DNA of 64,000 nucleotides. Origin: an uncultured bacterium. Lineage in GTDB: Bacteria; Krumholzibacteriota; Krumholzibacteriia; Krumholzibacteriales; Krumholzibacteriaceae. Positions 1 to 8,439 of this stretch are shown here, piece by piece. The first letter of the stretch is position 1. Each line of letters starts with the position of its first letter. The position numbers and the translations under genes are program-made. Below the pieces are notes generated by a model, which worked only from the letters and a program-made list of their open reading frames with translations, was not told the origin of the DNA and did not search any database. Location of the stretch: the NCBI GenBank assembly GCA_963786935.1, contig CAWBAN010000001.1, forward strand, positions 768,001 to 832,000, written 5' to 3'.

Positions 1-1
1 G

Positions 2-1861
2 TACCTGCGCATTTCGGGGAGTTTCCATCTCGCGATCGGCATGCTCCACCTCTTCGGGTTCAACCTTCCCCGAACCAACTTCAACTATCTTCTCGCCTCG
101 AGCTTCACGGACTACTGGCGGCGCGTCAATATCTACTGGAAGGATTTCCTGCAGAAGATATTCTTCAATCCGCTCTTCCTGCGGTTCAAGCGTTCCATGA
201 GGGAAACGTCGGCGCTCGTCCTGACGACCTTCATCGCGTTCTTCGCGACGTGGGCGCTCCACTCGTACCAGTGGTTCTGGATACGCAACGAATTTCCCGT
301 GATCTGGCAGGATATCGTGTTCTGGTCGGTGATGGGAGCGCTCATGCTCGCCAACATGCTCTACGAGAACCGCCACGGGAGGGCCCGGAGCATCGGCACG
401 ACGGCCCGATCCGCGCGATCGTCCCTCGGCCTCGCGCTCCGGACGATCGGCACCTTCCTCGTCATTTGCACGAGCTGGGCTCTCTGGTCGACGTCGTCCT
501 CCCGCGAGCTTCTCCTCGTGGTGCGGAAGCTCGCCCGCCCGGGAGCCACGGATATCGCGTGGATCCTCGCCGGGCTCGCGGGGCTCGGCATCGCGGCCGT
601 CGCGTACGACCGGCTCGAGCGCCGCGGCCGGCCGGAGGTGGAAGCCTCTCCGCGCGTCCGGCTGTTTCGCGTGCCCGTTCCCGTCTCCGCCCTGCGCGTC
701 TCGCTCGTGAGCGCCGGGCTCGTGTTCCTGCTGTTCGGCCAGCTCTATTTCTACTATCCGCCGGACGTCGCGAACGTCCTCAATCAGCTGAAGAATCCGC
801 TCTTTCTCAACGCCCGCGACCAGCAGATGCTGACCCGCGGGTACTACGAGGATCTCGCGGACGTGGCCCGCTTCAACCCGCAGCTCGCCGAGCTGTACCG
901 GGGGCGCCCCGCCGACTGGAACCGCTGCTGGGCGATTCATCGCACCGGGGGCTTCCCCACGCACGAGCTCATGCCGTCGCGCCGGCTCGTCTACAAGAAC
1001 GCCACGATGACCACGAACCGGTGGGGCATGCGCGACCGCGACTGCGAGAAGGCCAAACCGGCGGGGACGTACCGCTTCGTGCTCCTCGGCTCCTCGCACA
1101 GCATGGGGGAAGGGGTGGCGGACGGGGAGACGTTCGAGAACGTGGTCGAGGATCGTTTGAACCGGGAGATCGCTCCGCGGACGGGGTTGAAATATGAAAT
1201 ACTTAATTTCTCCGTCGGGGGATACGGGCCGCTGTCGAATCTGGCGGTCCTCGAGCGGCGCGCGCTCGGCTTCGATCCGGACGCGGTGATCTACATCGGC
1301 GTCAACGATTTCTCGTTCGCCGTGAAGGAGGCCATCTTTCCGGTGACGGAGGGGGGACCGCTCCCGTGGCCCGAACCGGCGGACATGGCCCGGGCCGGGG
1401 GGGTTCAGCGGGGCATGACCTACGACGTCGCCATGGCGACCCTGTACCCGCGCCGCGAGGAGGTGCTCCTCTGGGCGTACCGGCGGATGACGTCGGAGTG
1501 CGCGCGGCTCGGTATCCCGGCGTTCGCGTCGATCATTCCCATTCCGGCCGAATCGACGCCGGAGGCGAAGCTCGACGAGAAGCGCGAGGAAGCGCTCGCC
1601 CGCGAGGCCGGTTTCACCGTGATCGGGATGCTCGGCGTCTACGATTCGCTGCCGGCGCTCGATGGCATCTGGGTGGCGCCCTGGGATCAGCACCCGAACG
1701 CGAAAGGACACGTCATGCTCGCCGACCGGCTCTACGCCGGTCTGGTCCGGGAGCTCGGACTCGATCGAGAGAAGGATGGAACCGATGCGGACGGGGGACG
1801 TCCCGCCGCGCGGAAAGGAGACACATGGCACCCGACAGCGGATCGATCCACGACACGGTGA
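2..1861 (+). CDS. MBOAT-family membrane-bound O-acyltransferase (AlgI/DltB-like) fused to a C-terminal SGNH/AlgX-like domain; 5'-truncated by the window edge
   Basis: Frame is open from base 2. MBOAT motifs: FGFNLPRTNFNYLLASSFTDYWRRVNIYW and TWALHSYQW (candidate catalytic His), with several TM helices. SGNH blocks follow: LLGSSHSMG, VGGYG, GVND, DQHPN. Confidence 0.8.
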   Translation, partial: YLRISGSFHLAIGMLHLFGFNLPRTNFNYLLASSFTDYWRRVNIYWKDFLQKIFFNPLFLRFKRSMRETSALVLTTFIAFFATWALHSYQWFWIRNEFPVIWQDIVFWSVMGALMLANMLYENRHGRARSIGTTARSARSSLGLALRTIGTFLVICTSWALWSTSSSRELLLVVRKLARPGATDIAWILAGLAGLGIAAVAYDRLERRGRPEVEASPRVRLFRVPVPVSALRVSLVSAGLVFLLFGQLYFYYPPDVANVLNQLKNPLFLNARDQQMLTRGYYEDLADVARFNPQLAELYRGRPADWNRCWAIHRTGGFPTHELMPSRRLVYKNATMTTNRWGMRDRDCEKAKPAGTYRFVLLGSSHSMGEGVADGETFENVVEDRLNREIAPRTGLKYEILNFSVGGYGPLSNLAVLERRALGFDPDAVIYIGVNDFSFAVKEAIFPVTEGGPLPWPEPADMARAGGVQRGMTYDVAMATLYPRREEVLLWAYRRMTSECARLGIPAFASIIPIPAESTPEAKLDEKREEALAREAGFTVIGMLGVYDSLPALDGIWVAPWDQHPNAKGHVMLADRLYAGLVRELGLDREKDGTDADGGRPAARKGDTWHPTADRSTTR

Positions 1862-2085
1862 AGGAGTTCATCCTCCGTCAGTTTCTTCCCGGCGAGGATC
1901 CGGCGGCGCTCACCGACGATGTCGCGCTCATGGACAGCGGCATCCTCGATTCGCTCGCCACACTCAAGCTCATCACCTTTCTCGAGGAGCGGTTCGGGAT
2001 CAAGGTCGAGGCGCATGAAGCGGACGCGGAGAATTTGAACACGCTGGCCGACATCGCGAGATTCGTCGGTTCGAAGCTCGTGTGA
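1825..2085 (+). CDS. Stand-alone acyl/peptidyl carrier protein
   Basis: ATG at 1825 after AAAGGAG; 86 aa; phosphopantetheine motif DSGILDSL. Confidence 0.9.
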   Translation: MAPDSGSIHDTVKEFILRQFLPGEDPAALTDDVALMDSGILDSLATLKLITFLEERFGIKVEAHEADAENLNTLADIARFVGSKLV

Positions 2086-2101
2086 CGGGCAAGGAGCGCG
2101 C

Positions 2102-3682
2102 ATGGCCCTTCATCGATATTTCATCGATGCCGCATCTCGATTTGGCGGGAACGTCGCCGTCAAGGAGCCGTCCGGCGCGACGATCGGCTACGCCGGCCTC
2201 GATCGGCTGACCGACCGGCTCCGGGACCGTCTCGCGGTCATCGGCGTGAGGCGCGGCGATCGCGTCGGGATCTACCTGCATAAATCGATCGATTCGGTGG
2301 CGTGCGTTCTCGGAATCCTCAAGTGCGGCGCCGCGTACGTGCCCGTGGATCCGAACGCGCCCCCCGAGCGGAACGCGTACATCTTCAGGAATTGCTCCGT
2401 GCGCGCGATCGTGACCGAGGAAGCGCTCGCGCCCGCGCTCCGCGCCGAGCTCGGCGACGGGCTCGCCAGGTGCGAGATCGCCATCCTGAGCGGCGTCGGC
2501 GGTGGCGCTCCGCTGCGCGCCTGGCTCGACGCGGCGGAGGCCGGCACGCCGGCTCCCGCGTCTTCCACCGTCGATTCGGGGCCCGACGAGCTCGCGTACA
2601 TCCTCTACACGTCGGGTTCGACGGGGCGCCCGAAGGGCGTCATGCTGACGCATCGGAACGCGCAGTGCTTCGTCGACTGGTGCAGCGACACCTTCGCGCC
2701 GGAGCCGACGGACCGGTTCTCCTCGCATGCGCCGTTCCATTTCGACCTTTCGATCCTCGACATCTATACGCCGCTCAAGCACGGAGCGGCGCTCGTCATC
2801 ATACCGGAGGATACGGGGAAGGATCCGATGGCGCTCGCCGCTCTCATCGCCGCGGAGCGGCTCACCGTCTGGTACTCGACGCCGTCGATCCTCGCGCTGC
2901 TCGCGCAGTACGGGAAGCTCGAGACCCTCGATTGCTCGGCGCTGCGGCTCATTCTCTTCGCCGGCGAGGTGTTTCCCATCGCGCACCTGCGGACCTTGAA
3001 GCGGCTCGTCCCGCATCCGCGGTACTTCAACCTCTACGGGCCGACGGAAACAAACGTCTGCACGTACTACGAGCTCCCCGCGGCCGTCGAGGACGACCGC
3101 GCCGCGCCGTATCCGATCGGCGTCGTCTGTCCGCACTACCGCGGGATGGTCGCGGCACCGGACGGGCGCGAGGCGGTGCGGGGAAGCGAGGGGGAGCTGC
3201 TCATGCAGGGGCCGGGTGTGATGAAGGGATACTGGAATCTTCCCGAGCAGGACGAACGGGTGTTTCTCGACCGGGGGGCGGAGGGGCGCTGGTACCGCAC
3301 CGGGGACCTCGTCCTCGAGGGACCGGACGGCAACCTCGAGTTCATCGGGAGGAAGGACCGCATGGTGAAGAAGCGCGGCTATCGCGTGGAGCTCGGCGAG
3401 ATCGAGGCGTGCCTGTACCGGCATCCGAACGTGCGGGAGGCCGCCGTCGTGGCGCTGCAGGACGAGGGCGAGGGCGTGAGGATTCGCGCCCATCTCTCGT
3501 CGCGGGACCGGAAGCGGATCTCGGTCATCGAGTTGAAGCAGTTCTGCTCCCGTCACCTGCCGGCGTACTTCATCCCCGATGTGTTCGTGTTTCATGACGA
3601 TCTTCCGAAGACGTCGACCGACAAGATCGATTACCAGAAGCTGCAGTCCGCGGGCGGAGCGGCCGGCGCGGGAACGCCGTAG
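2102..3682 (+). CDS. Stand-alone amino-acid adenylation enzyme, predicted L-proline--carrier protein ligase (PltF/RedM/CloN4/AnaC type)
   Basis: Core motifs YTSGSTGRPKG, FHFDLS, NLYGPTE, YRTGD, GRKD, LPKTSTDKID. Manually read specificity code is DLLYLALVCK. Confidence 0.85.
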   Translation: MALHRYFIDAASRFGGNVAVKEPSGATIGYAGLDRLTDRLRDRLAVIGVRRGDRVGIYLHKSIDSVACVLGILKCGAAYVPVDPNAPPERNAYIFRNCSVRAIVTEEALAPALRAELGDGLARCEIAILSGVGGGAPLRAWLDAAEAGTPAPASSTVDSGPDELAYILYTSGSTGRPKGVMLTHRNAQCFVDWCSDTFAPEPTDRFSSHAPFHFDLSILDIYTPLKHGAALVIIPEDTGKDPMALAALIAAERLTVWYSTPSILALLAQYGKLETLDCSALRLILFAGEVFPIAHLRTLKRLVPHPRYFNLYGPTETNVCTYYELPAAVEDDRAAPYPIGVVCPHYRGMVAAPDGREAVRGSEGELLMQGPGVMKGYWNLPEQDERVFLDRGAEGRWYRTGDLVLEGPDGNLEFIGRKDRMVKKRGYRVELGEIEACLYRHPNVREAAVVALQDEGEGVRIRAHLSSRDRKRISVIELKQFCSRHLPAYFIPDVFVFHDDLPKTSTDKIDYQKLQSAGGAAGAGTP

Positions 3683-3708
3683 GCCCGGAGATCCCGAAAG
3701 GGGTGCCA

Positions 3709-4854
3709 ATGGATTTCTCGTGGTCAGATGAGCAGACGGGCATGCGCGAGTCGATCGCGAAATTCGCGAGGGCGGAGCTGAACGCGGGATACGCGGAGCG
3801 GGAGAAACGGGGGGAGTTCAACCGCGACGGCTGGAACAAGTGCGCGGGCATGGGCATCCAGGGGCTCCCGGTTCCGGCGCAGTACGGCGGCCTCGGTATG
3901 GACGCCCTCACGACGATGGGGGTGCTCGAGAGCCTCGGGTACGCCTGCGTCGACAACGGGCTCGTGTTCTCGATCAACGCGCACATGTGGACGCTGGAGA
4001 TTCCGCTCCTGAACTTCGGGAGCGAGGCGCAGAAGGAGCGCTACCTGCCGCGGCTCTGCGGCGGGGAGATCGTCGGGGCGAACGCGATGTCCGAGCCGGG
4101 ATCGGGCTCGGACGCCTACAGCCTCAAGGCGACCGCCGAAAAGCGGGGGGACCGCTACGTGCTCAACGGAGGAAAGGTGTTCGTTTCGAACGGCCCCGTC
4201 GCGGACCTCTTCATCGTGTACGCGACCGTCGATCCGTCGAAGGGCGCGAACGGCGTCAGCGCCTTCCTCGTCGAGCGCGGCGCGCCGGGCCTCTCGTTCG
4301 GAGCGCATACGGAGAAGATGGGGCTGCGGACCTCCCCGATGTGCGAGCTGTTTCTCGACGGGGTGGAGGTGCTCGAATCGAACCGGCTCGGCCGCGAGGG
4401 GGCGGGCAAGAACCTCTTCACCGATTCGATGACGTGGGAGCGCAGCTGCATTCTCGCGAGCGCGGTCGGCGCGATGCAGCGGATTCTCGAAACCTGCATC
4501 GGCTACGCCGCCGAACGGCGCCAGTTCGGGCAGCCCATCGGAAAGTTCCAGCTCGTCGCTTCGAGGATCGTCGACATGCGGATACGGTTGGAGTCGTCGC
4601 GGGCGCTCCTCTATCGCGCCGGCTGGCTCAAGAGCAAGGGCAAGAGCATCTTTCTCGAGGCCGCGATGGCCAAGCTGCACATCAGCGAGAGCTGGGTGCG
4701 GACCGCGGAGGACGCCATCCAGATTCACGGGGGCTACGGGTACATGGCCGAATACGAGATCGAGCGCGAGCTCCGGGACGCGATCTCGAGCAGGATCTAC
4801 TCGGGCACCTCGGAAATACAGCGCCTCATCATCGGGCCCCTGCTGGGGCTGTGA
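3709..4854 (+). CDS. Acyl-CoA dehydrogenase family, L-prolyl-carrier protein dehydrogenase (AnaB/PltE/RedW type)
   Basis: ACAD motifs (SEPGSGSD, RRQFGQPIGKFQ, QIHGGYGY, IYSGTSEIQR) plus subfamily-like segments LGYACVDNGLVFSINAHMW and SMTWERSCILA. Adjacent to the A domain and carrier protein. Confidence 0.8.
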   Translation: MDFSWSDEQTGMRESIAKFARAELNAGYAEREKRGEFNRDGWNKCAGMGIQGLPVPAQYGGLGMDALTTMGVLESLGYACVDNGLVFSINAHMWTLEIPLLNFGSEAQKERYLPRLCGGEIVGANAMSEPGSGSDAYSLKATAEKRGDRYVLNGGKVFVSNGPVADLFIVYATVDPSKGANGVSAFLVERGAPGLSFGAHTEKMGLRTSPMCELFLDGVEVLESNRLGREGAGKNLFTDSMTWERSCILASAVGAMQRILETCIGYAAERRQFGQPIGKFQLVASRIVDMRIRLESSRALLYRAGWLKSKGKSIFLEAAMAKLHISESWVRTAEDAIQIHGGYGYMAEYEIERELRDAISSRIYSGTSEIQRLIIGPLLGL

Positions 4855-4923
4855 GTCGAGGGTCCGGACGGCGTCCGTCCGGCTCCGACGGGTTTCTACG
4901 GCCGTTGCCGCGCCGGTGGTCGG

Positions 4924-6741
4924 ATGAACATTCTCGGAATATCGTGCTTCTATCATGACAGCGCCGCAGCGCTCCTGCGCGACGGCGAGATCGTCGCGGC
5001 GGCGCAGGAGGAACGCTTCTCGCGGCGGAAGCACGATATGGAATTTCCCCGGCACGCGATCGCGTTCTGCCTCGATCGCGGCGGGATCCGCGCGGAACAG
5101 CTCGATTACGTGGCGTTCTACGACAAGCCCCTCCTCAAGTTCGAGCGCATCCTCGAAACCTATTTCGCGTACGCGCCGCGCGGGATGCGTTCGTTCCTCA
5201 TGGCGATCCCGCTCTGGATACGGGAAAAGGCGTGGATACCGGAGCTCATCAAAAAGGAGCTCGGGTACGAGGGGACGGTCCTGTTTCCGGAGCACCATCA
5301 GTCCCACGCCGCCTCGGCGTTCTTCCCGTCCCCGTTCCGCGACGCGGCGATCGTGACGATGGACGGGGTCGGGGAGAAGACGACCTCCTCGTACGGGATC
5401 GGCGAGGGCAACAGGATTTCGATCCTTGCCGAGCAGCACTTCCCGCACTCGCTCGGGCTCCTCTACAGCGCGTTCACCTACTACACCGGCTTCAAGGTCA
5501 ACTCGGGGGAGTACAAGGTCATGGGGCTCGCCCCGTACGGGGAGCCCACGTACGTTCCGGCCATCCTCGATCACCTGATCGATCTCAAGGAGGACGGCTC
5601 GTTCCGCATGAACATGGAGTATTTCAACTACTGCGCCGGCCTCACGATGACTGGGGCGAAGTTCCACGAGCTCTTCGGCGGGCCGCCGAGAAAGCCGGAA
5701 GGGGAGATGACGCAGCGCGACATGGATCTCGCCCGATCGATCCAGGACGTCACCGAAGAGGTGATGCTCCGCACGGTGCGGCACGTGCGGCGGAAGACCG
5801 GGAAAAAGAACCTCTGCCTCGCGGGGGGAGTCGCCTTGAACTGCGTCGGAAACGGGAGGATTCTCCGCGAGGGTCCCTTCGAGAAGCTGTGGATCCAGCC
5901 CGCGGCCGGGGACGCCGGGGGCGCGCTCGGTGCGGCGCTCTTCGTCTGGTATCAGTATCTCGGAAAGCCGCGCGAGGCGGACGGCGCGGCGGACCGCCAG
6001 CGCGGCTCGTACCTCGGCCCGGAATTCTCGCGCGAGGAGATACGCGCGTTCCTCGAGAAACACCGGCTCCCCTATCGAGAGGTCGGATTCGACGACCTGC
6101 CGGGTGAAGCGGCGGGCCTCATCGCGGAGGAGAAGGTGGTCGGATGGTTCCAGGGCCCGATGGAATTCGGACCGCGCGCGCTCGGCGGCCGATCGATTCT
6201 CGGGGACGCCCGATCGCCGGCGATGCAGAAGGTCATGAACCTCAAAATCAAGTTCCGCGAGAGCTTCCGCCCCTTCGCGCCCTCGGTGCTCGCGGAGCGC
6301 TCAGCCGACTACTTCGAGCTCGATTGCGAGAGCCCCTATATGCTGCTCGTGGCGAACGTCGTTCCGGAGAAGCGGCGCGCGATGACGGAGGACGAGCGGG
6401 GGCTCTTCGGCATCGACAAGCTCAACGTCGTCCGGTCGGAGATTCCGGCCGTGACGCATATCGATTATTCGGCGCGCATCCAGACGGTGCACCGCGAAAC
6501 GAATCCGCTCTATCACCGGCTCATTGCCGCGGTGGAGGGGAAAACGGGATGCGCCGTTATCGTCAACACGTCGTTCAACGTCCGCGGGGAGCCGATCGTC
6601 TGCTCGCCGTTCGACGCGTACGCGTGCTTCATGCGGACGGAGATGGATTATCTCGTCATGGGAAATTTCGTGCTCGACAAGCGCGAGCAGCCGTCGTTTC
6701 ACGACGAAATCGACTGGCGCGCGGCGTACGGGCTCGATTGA
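4924..6741 (+). CDS. O-carbamoyltransferase (NodU/CmcH/TobZ/SxtI family)
   Basis: MNILGISCFYHDSAAAL, EHHQSHAASAF, GEYKVMGLAPYG, MEFGPRALGGRSIL, KFRESFRPFAP, NTSFNVRGEPIV. Confidence 0.95.
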   Translation: MNILGISCFYHDSAAALLRDGEIVAAAQEERFSRRKHDMEFPRHAIAFCLDRGGIRAEQLDYVAFYDKPLLKFERILETYFAYAPRGMRSFLMAIPLWIREKAWIPELIKKELGYEGTVLFPEHHQSHAASAFFPSPFRDAAIVTMDGVGEKTTSSYGIGEGNRISILAEQHFPHSLGLLYSAFTYYTGFKVNSGEYKVMGLAPYGEPTYVPAILDHLIDLKEDGSFRMNMEYFNYCAGLTMTGAKFHELFGGPPRKPEGEMTQRDMDLARSIQDVTEEVMLRTVRHVRRKTGKKNLCLAGGVALNCVGNGRILREGPFEKLWIQPAAGDAGGALGAALFVWYQYLGKPREADGAADRQRGSYLGPEFSREEIRAFLEKHRLPYREVGFDDLPGEAAGLIAEEKVVGWFQGPMEFGPRALGGRSILGDARSPAMQKVMNLKIKFRESFRPFAPSVLAERSADYFELDCESPYMLLVANVVPEKRRAMTEDERGLFGIDKLNVVRSEIPAVTHIDYSARIQTVHRETNPLYHRLIAAVEGKTGCAVIVNTSFNVRGEPIVCSPFDAYACFMRTEMDYLVMGNFVLDKREQPSFHDEIDWRAAYGLD

Positions 6742-6760
6742 AGAGGGGGAACGGGAAACG

Positions 6761-7198
6761 ATGGATTTGTTTTCCGATGTGTCGAGCGAGCTGAAGCGGC
6801 TGCGGCGTGACCGCGCGACGCTCAGGAGATTCGGCGTCACCATGGCCGCCGTCCTCGCGGTGATCGGCGCGGGGATGCGTTTTCTCGCTCATCATCCGCA
6901 GCGCGCGCTCTGGACATGGATCGCGGCATCGGTGTTCCTGCTCGCCGGGATCGCCGCGCCCCGGGCGCTCGCCGGCTTCCATCGCTTCTGGATGGGGCTC
7001 GCCTTCGTGCTCGGGTGGTTCGTCTCCCGCGTCATCCTGGGCGTGATCTTCTACGGGGTCATCACGCCGATCGGCGTGGGCATGAGGATCGCGGGCAGGG
7101 ACCTTCTGCGGGAGAGGATCGATCGGAAGGCGCCGACGTACTGGATGCCGCGCGACCCCGGCGCGGAAGATCCGAATCGATGCGAAAAGCCGTTCTGA
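6761..7198 (+). CDS. SxtJ-family membrane protein
   Basis: LRRFG followed by TM helices, then WMGLAFVLGWFVSRVILGVIFYGVITPIG...GRDLL...TYW; directly downstream of the carbamoyltransferase. Confidence 0.8.
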   Translation: MDLFSDVSSELKRLRRDRATLRRFGVTMAAVLAVIGAGMRFLAHHPQRALWTWIAASVFLLAGIAAPRALAGFHRFWMGLAFVLGWFVSRVILGVIFYGVITPIGVGMRIAGRDLLRERIDRKAPTYWMPRDPGAEDPNRCEKPF

Positions 7199-7215
7199 GG
7201 CGGAAGGGCGGTTCC

Positions 7216-7374
7216 GTGGGAAAGCTCGGCATCATCAGGGAGTTCATGCAGTATCTGCTCGCGCGCCGGAAATGGTGGCTCGCGACGGTCGTCATCATGC
7301 TGCTCCTCCTCGGCGCGCTCATCGTTCTGACGCAGGGGAGCGCTATCGCGCCGTTCATCTACACGCTGTTCTGA
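7216..7374 (+). CDS. DUF5989/SxtK-like small membrane protein
   Basis: GTG start; 52 aa; RRKWWL...LIVLTQGSAIAPFIYTLF C-terminus typical of the family. Confidence 0.85.
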   Translation: MGKLGIIREFMQYLLARRKWWLATVVIMLLLLGALIVLTQGSAIAPFIYTLF

Positions 7375-7449
7375 CGGCGGTGCGCGCCGCGGGCCTTGGC
7401 GTCCTTTTTGCTTGCCGCCCGTCCGGGCATCAATTACCATCGCCTCCGT

Positions 7450-7535
7450 GCCGGGGTGGCGGAACTGGCAGACGCAGCGGACTTAAAATCCGCTGAGGCT
7501 TACGCTTCATACCGGTTCGATTCCGGTCCCCGGCA
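7450..7535 (+). tRNA. tRNA-Leu(TAA), CCA not encoded
   Basis: Acceptor stem GCCGGGG/CCCCGGC; anticodon arm GCGGA-CT TAA AA-TCCGC; long variable arm; T arm ACCGG-TTCGATT-CCGGT. Confidence 0.95.
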
Positions 7536-7561
7536 TTTCTTCAGCACTGCGAGGTTGCCGG

Positions 7562-8422
7562 ATGTTTGAGGGATCCCTTTCGATCATCATCCCCGCGTAC
7601 AACGAGGAGCAGGGGCTCGATCGGGCGCTCGGTCGTTTGATGCCGTTGGCGAGGGAGAAGCGATACGAGGTCATCGTCATCGACGACGGCTCGACGGACC
7701 GGACCGCGGCCGTGGCGGCGCGCCATGGAGCGACGGTCGTCGCTCATCGGGCCAACAAGGGATACGGCGCGGCGCTCAAGACGGGCATCAGGAGCGCTTC
7801 TCACGATATGATCCTCATGATGGATTCGGACGGCCAGCACGATCCCTCCCTCATCGACGCGTTGCTCCGGGACGCGGACCGGTTCGACATGGTCGTTGCG
7901 GCGCGGCGGAAGATGGTCGGGATTCGGGCGCCCGGCAAGAAGCTGCTGGCGATGGTGGCCAACTTTCTGAGCGGCGTCAAGATACCCGATCTCAACTCGG
8001 GTCTCCGTGTGTTCAGGAAGAGCGCGATCAAGAGCTTCCTGCACTTCTGCCCCGACGGATTCTCCTTCACGACGACGATCACGCTCGCCTACCTGCGCGA
8101 GGGGTACAGCATCTCGTGGGTTCCCATCGACGTCGAGAAGCGGATCGGCCGCGCGAGCACCGTGGCGTTCCTGCGCGACGGCTACGGGGCCTTCATGCTC
8201 ATCGTCCGCGTCATCGTCCTGTTCAATCCGCTGAAGGTGTTCATACCCGCGGCGCTCGTGCTGTTCACCCTCGGGCTCGCGTTCACGATCTACGGCATCG
8301 TCGCGTTCCACAAGGTGCCGAACACGGGCGTGCTGACGATTCTCTCGGGAATCCTGCTCTTTTTCATGGGCATCCTCGCGGATCAGATCTCCGCGATCAG
8401 GCGCGAACGGCGATTCGATTGA
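7562..8422 (+). CDS. GT2 glycosyltransferase (polyprenol-phosphate glycosyltransferase-like) with two C-terminal TM helices
   Basis: IIIPAYNEE, IDDGSTD, NKGYGAALKTG, MDSDGQH, PDLNSGLR. Confidence 0.9.
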   Translation: MFEGSLSIIIPAYNEEQGLDRALGRLMPLAREKRYEVIVIDDGSTDRTAAVAARHGATVVAHRANKGYGAALKTGIRSASHDMILMMDSDGQHDPSLIDALLRDADRFDMVVAARRKMVGIRAPGKKLLAMVANFLSGVKIPDLNSGLRVFRKSAIKSFLHFCPDGFSFTTTITLAYLREGYSISWVPIDVEKRIGRASTVAFLRDGYGAFMLIVRVIVLFNPLKVFIPAALVLFTLGLAFTIYGIVAFHKVPNTGVLTILSGILLFFMGILADQISAIRRERRFD

Positions 8423-8439
8423 CCGCGCGCGGACACGGA

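Noticed and set aside
1825..3682. Ordinary dltA/dltC D-alanylation genes
   Set aside because: The pocket residues read as a proline-type code, and a prolyl-carrier-type dehydrogenase follows, which Dlt operons lack.
4924..7374. Saxitoxin or anatoxin biosynthetic cluster
   Set aside because: Only SxtI/J/K-like and AnaB/C/D-like parts are present; no SxtA, amidinotransferase or PKS genes are in the window.
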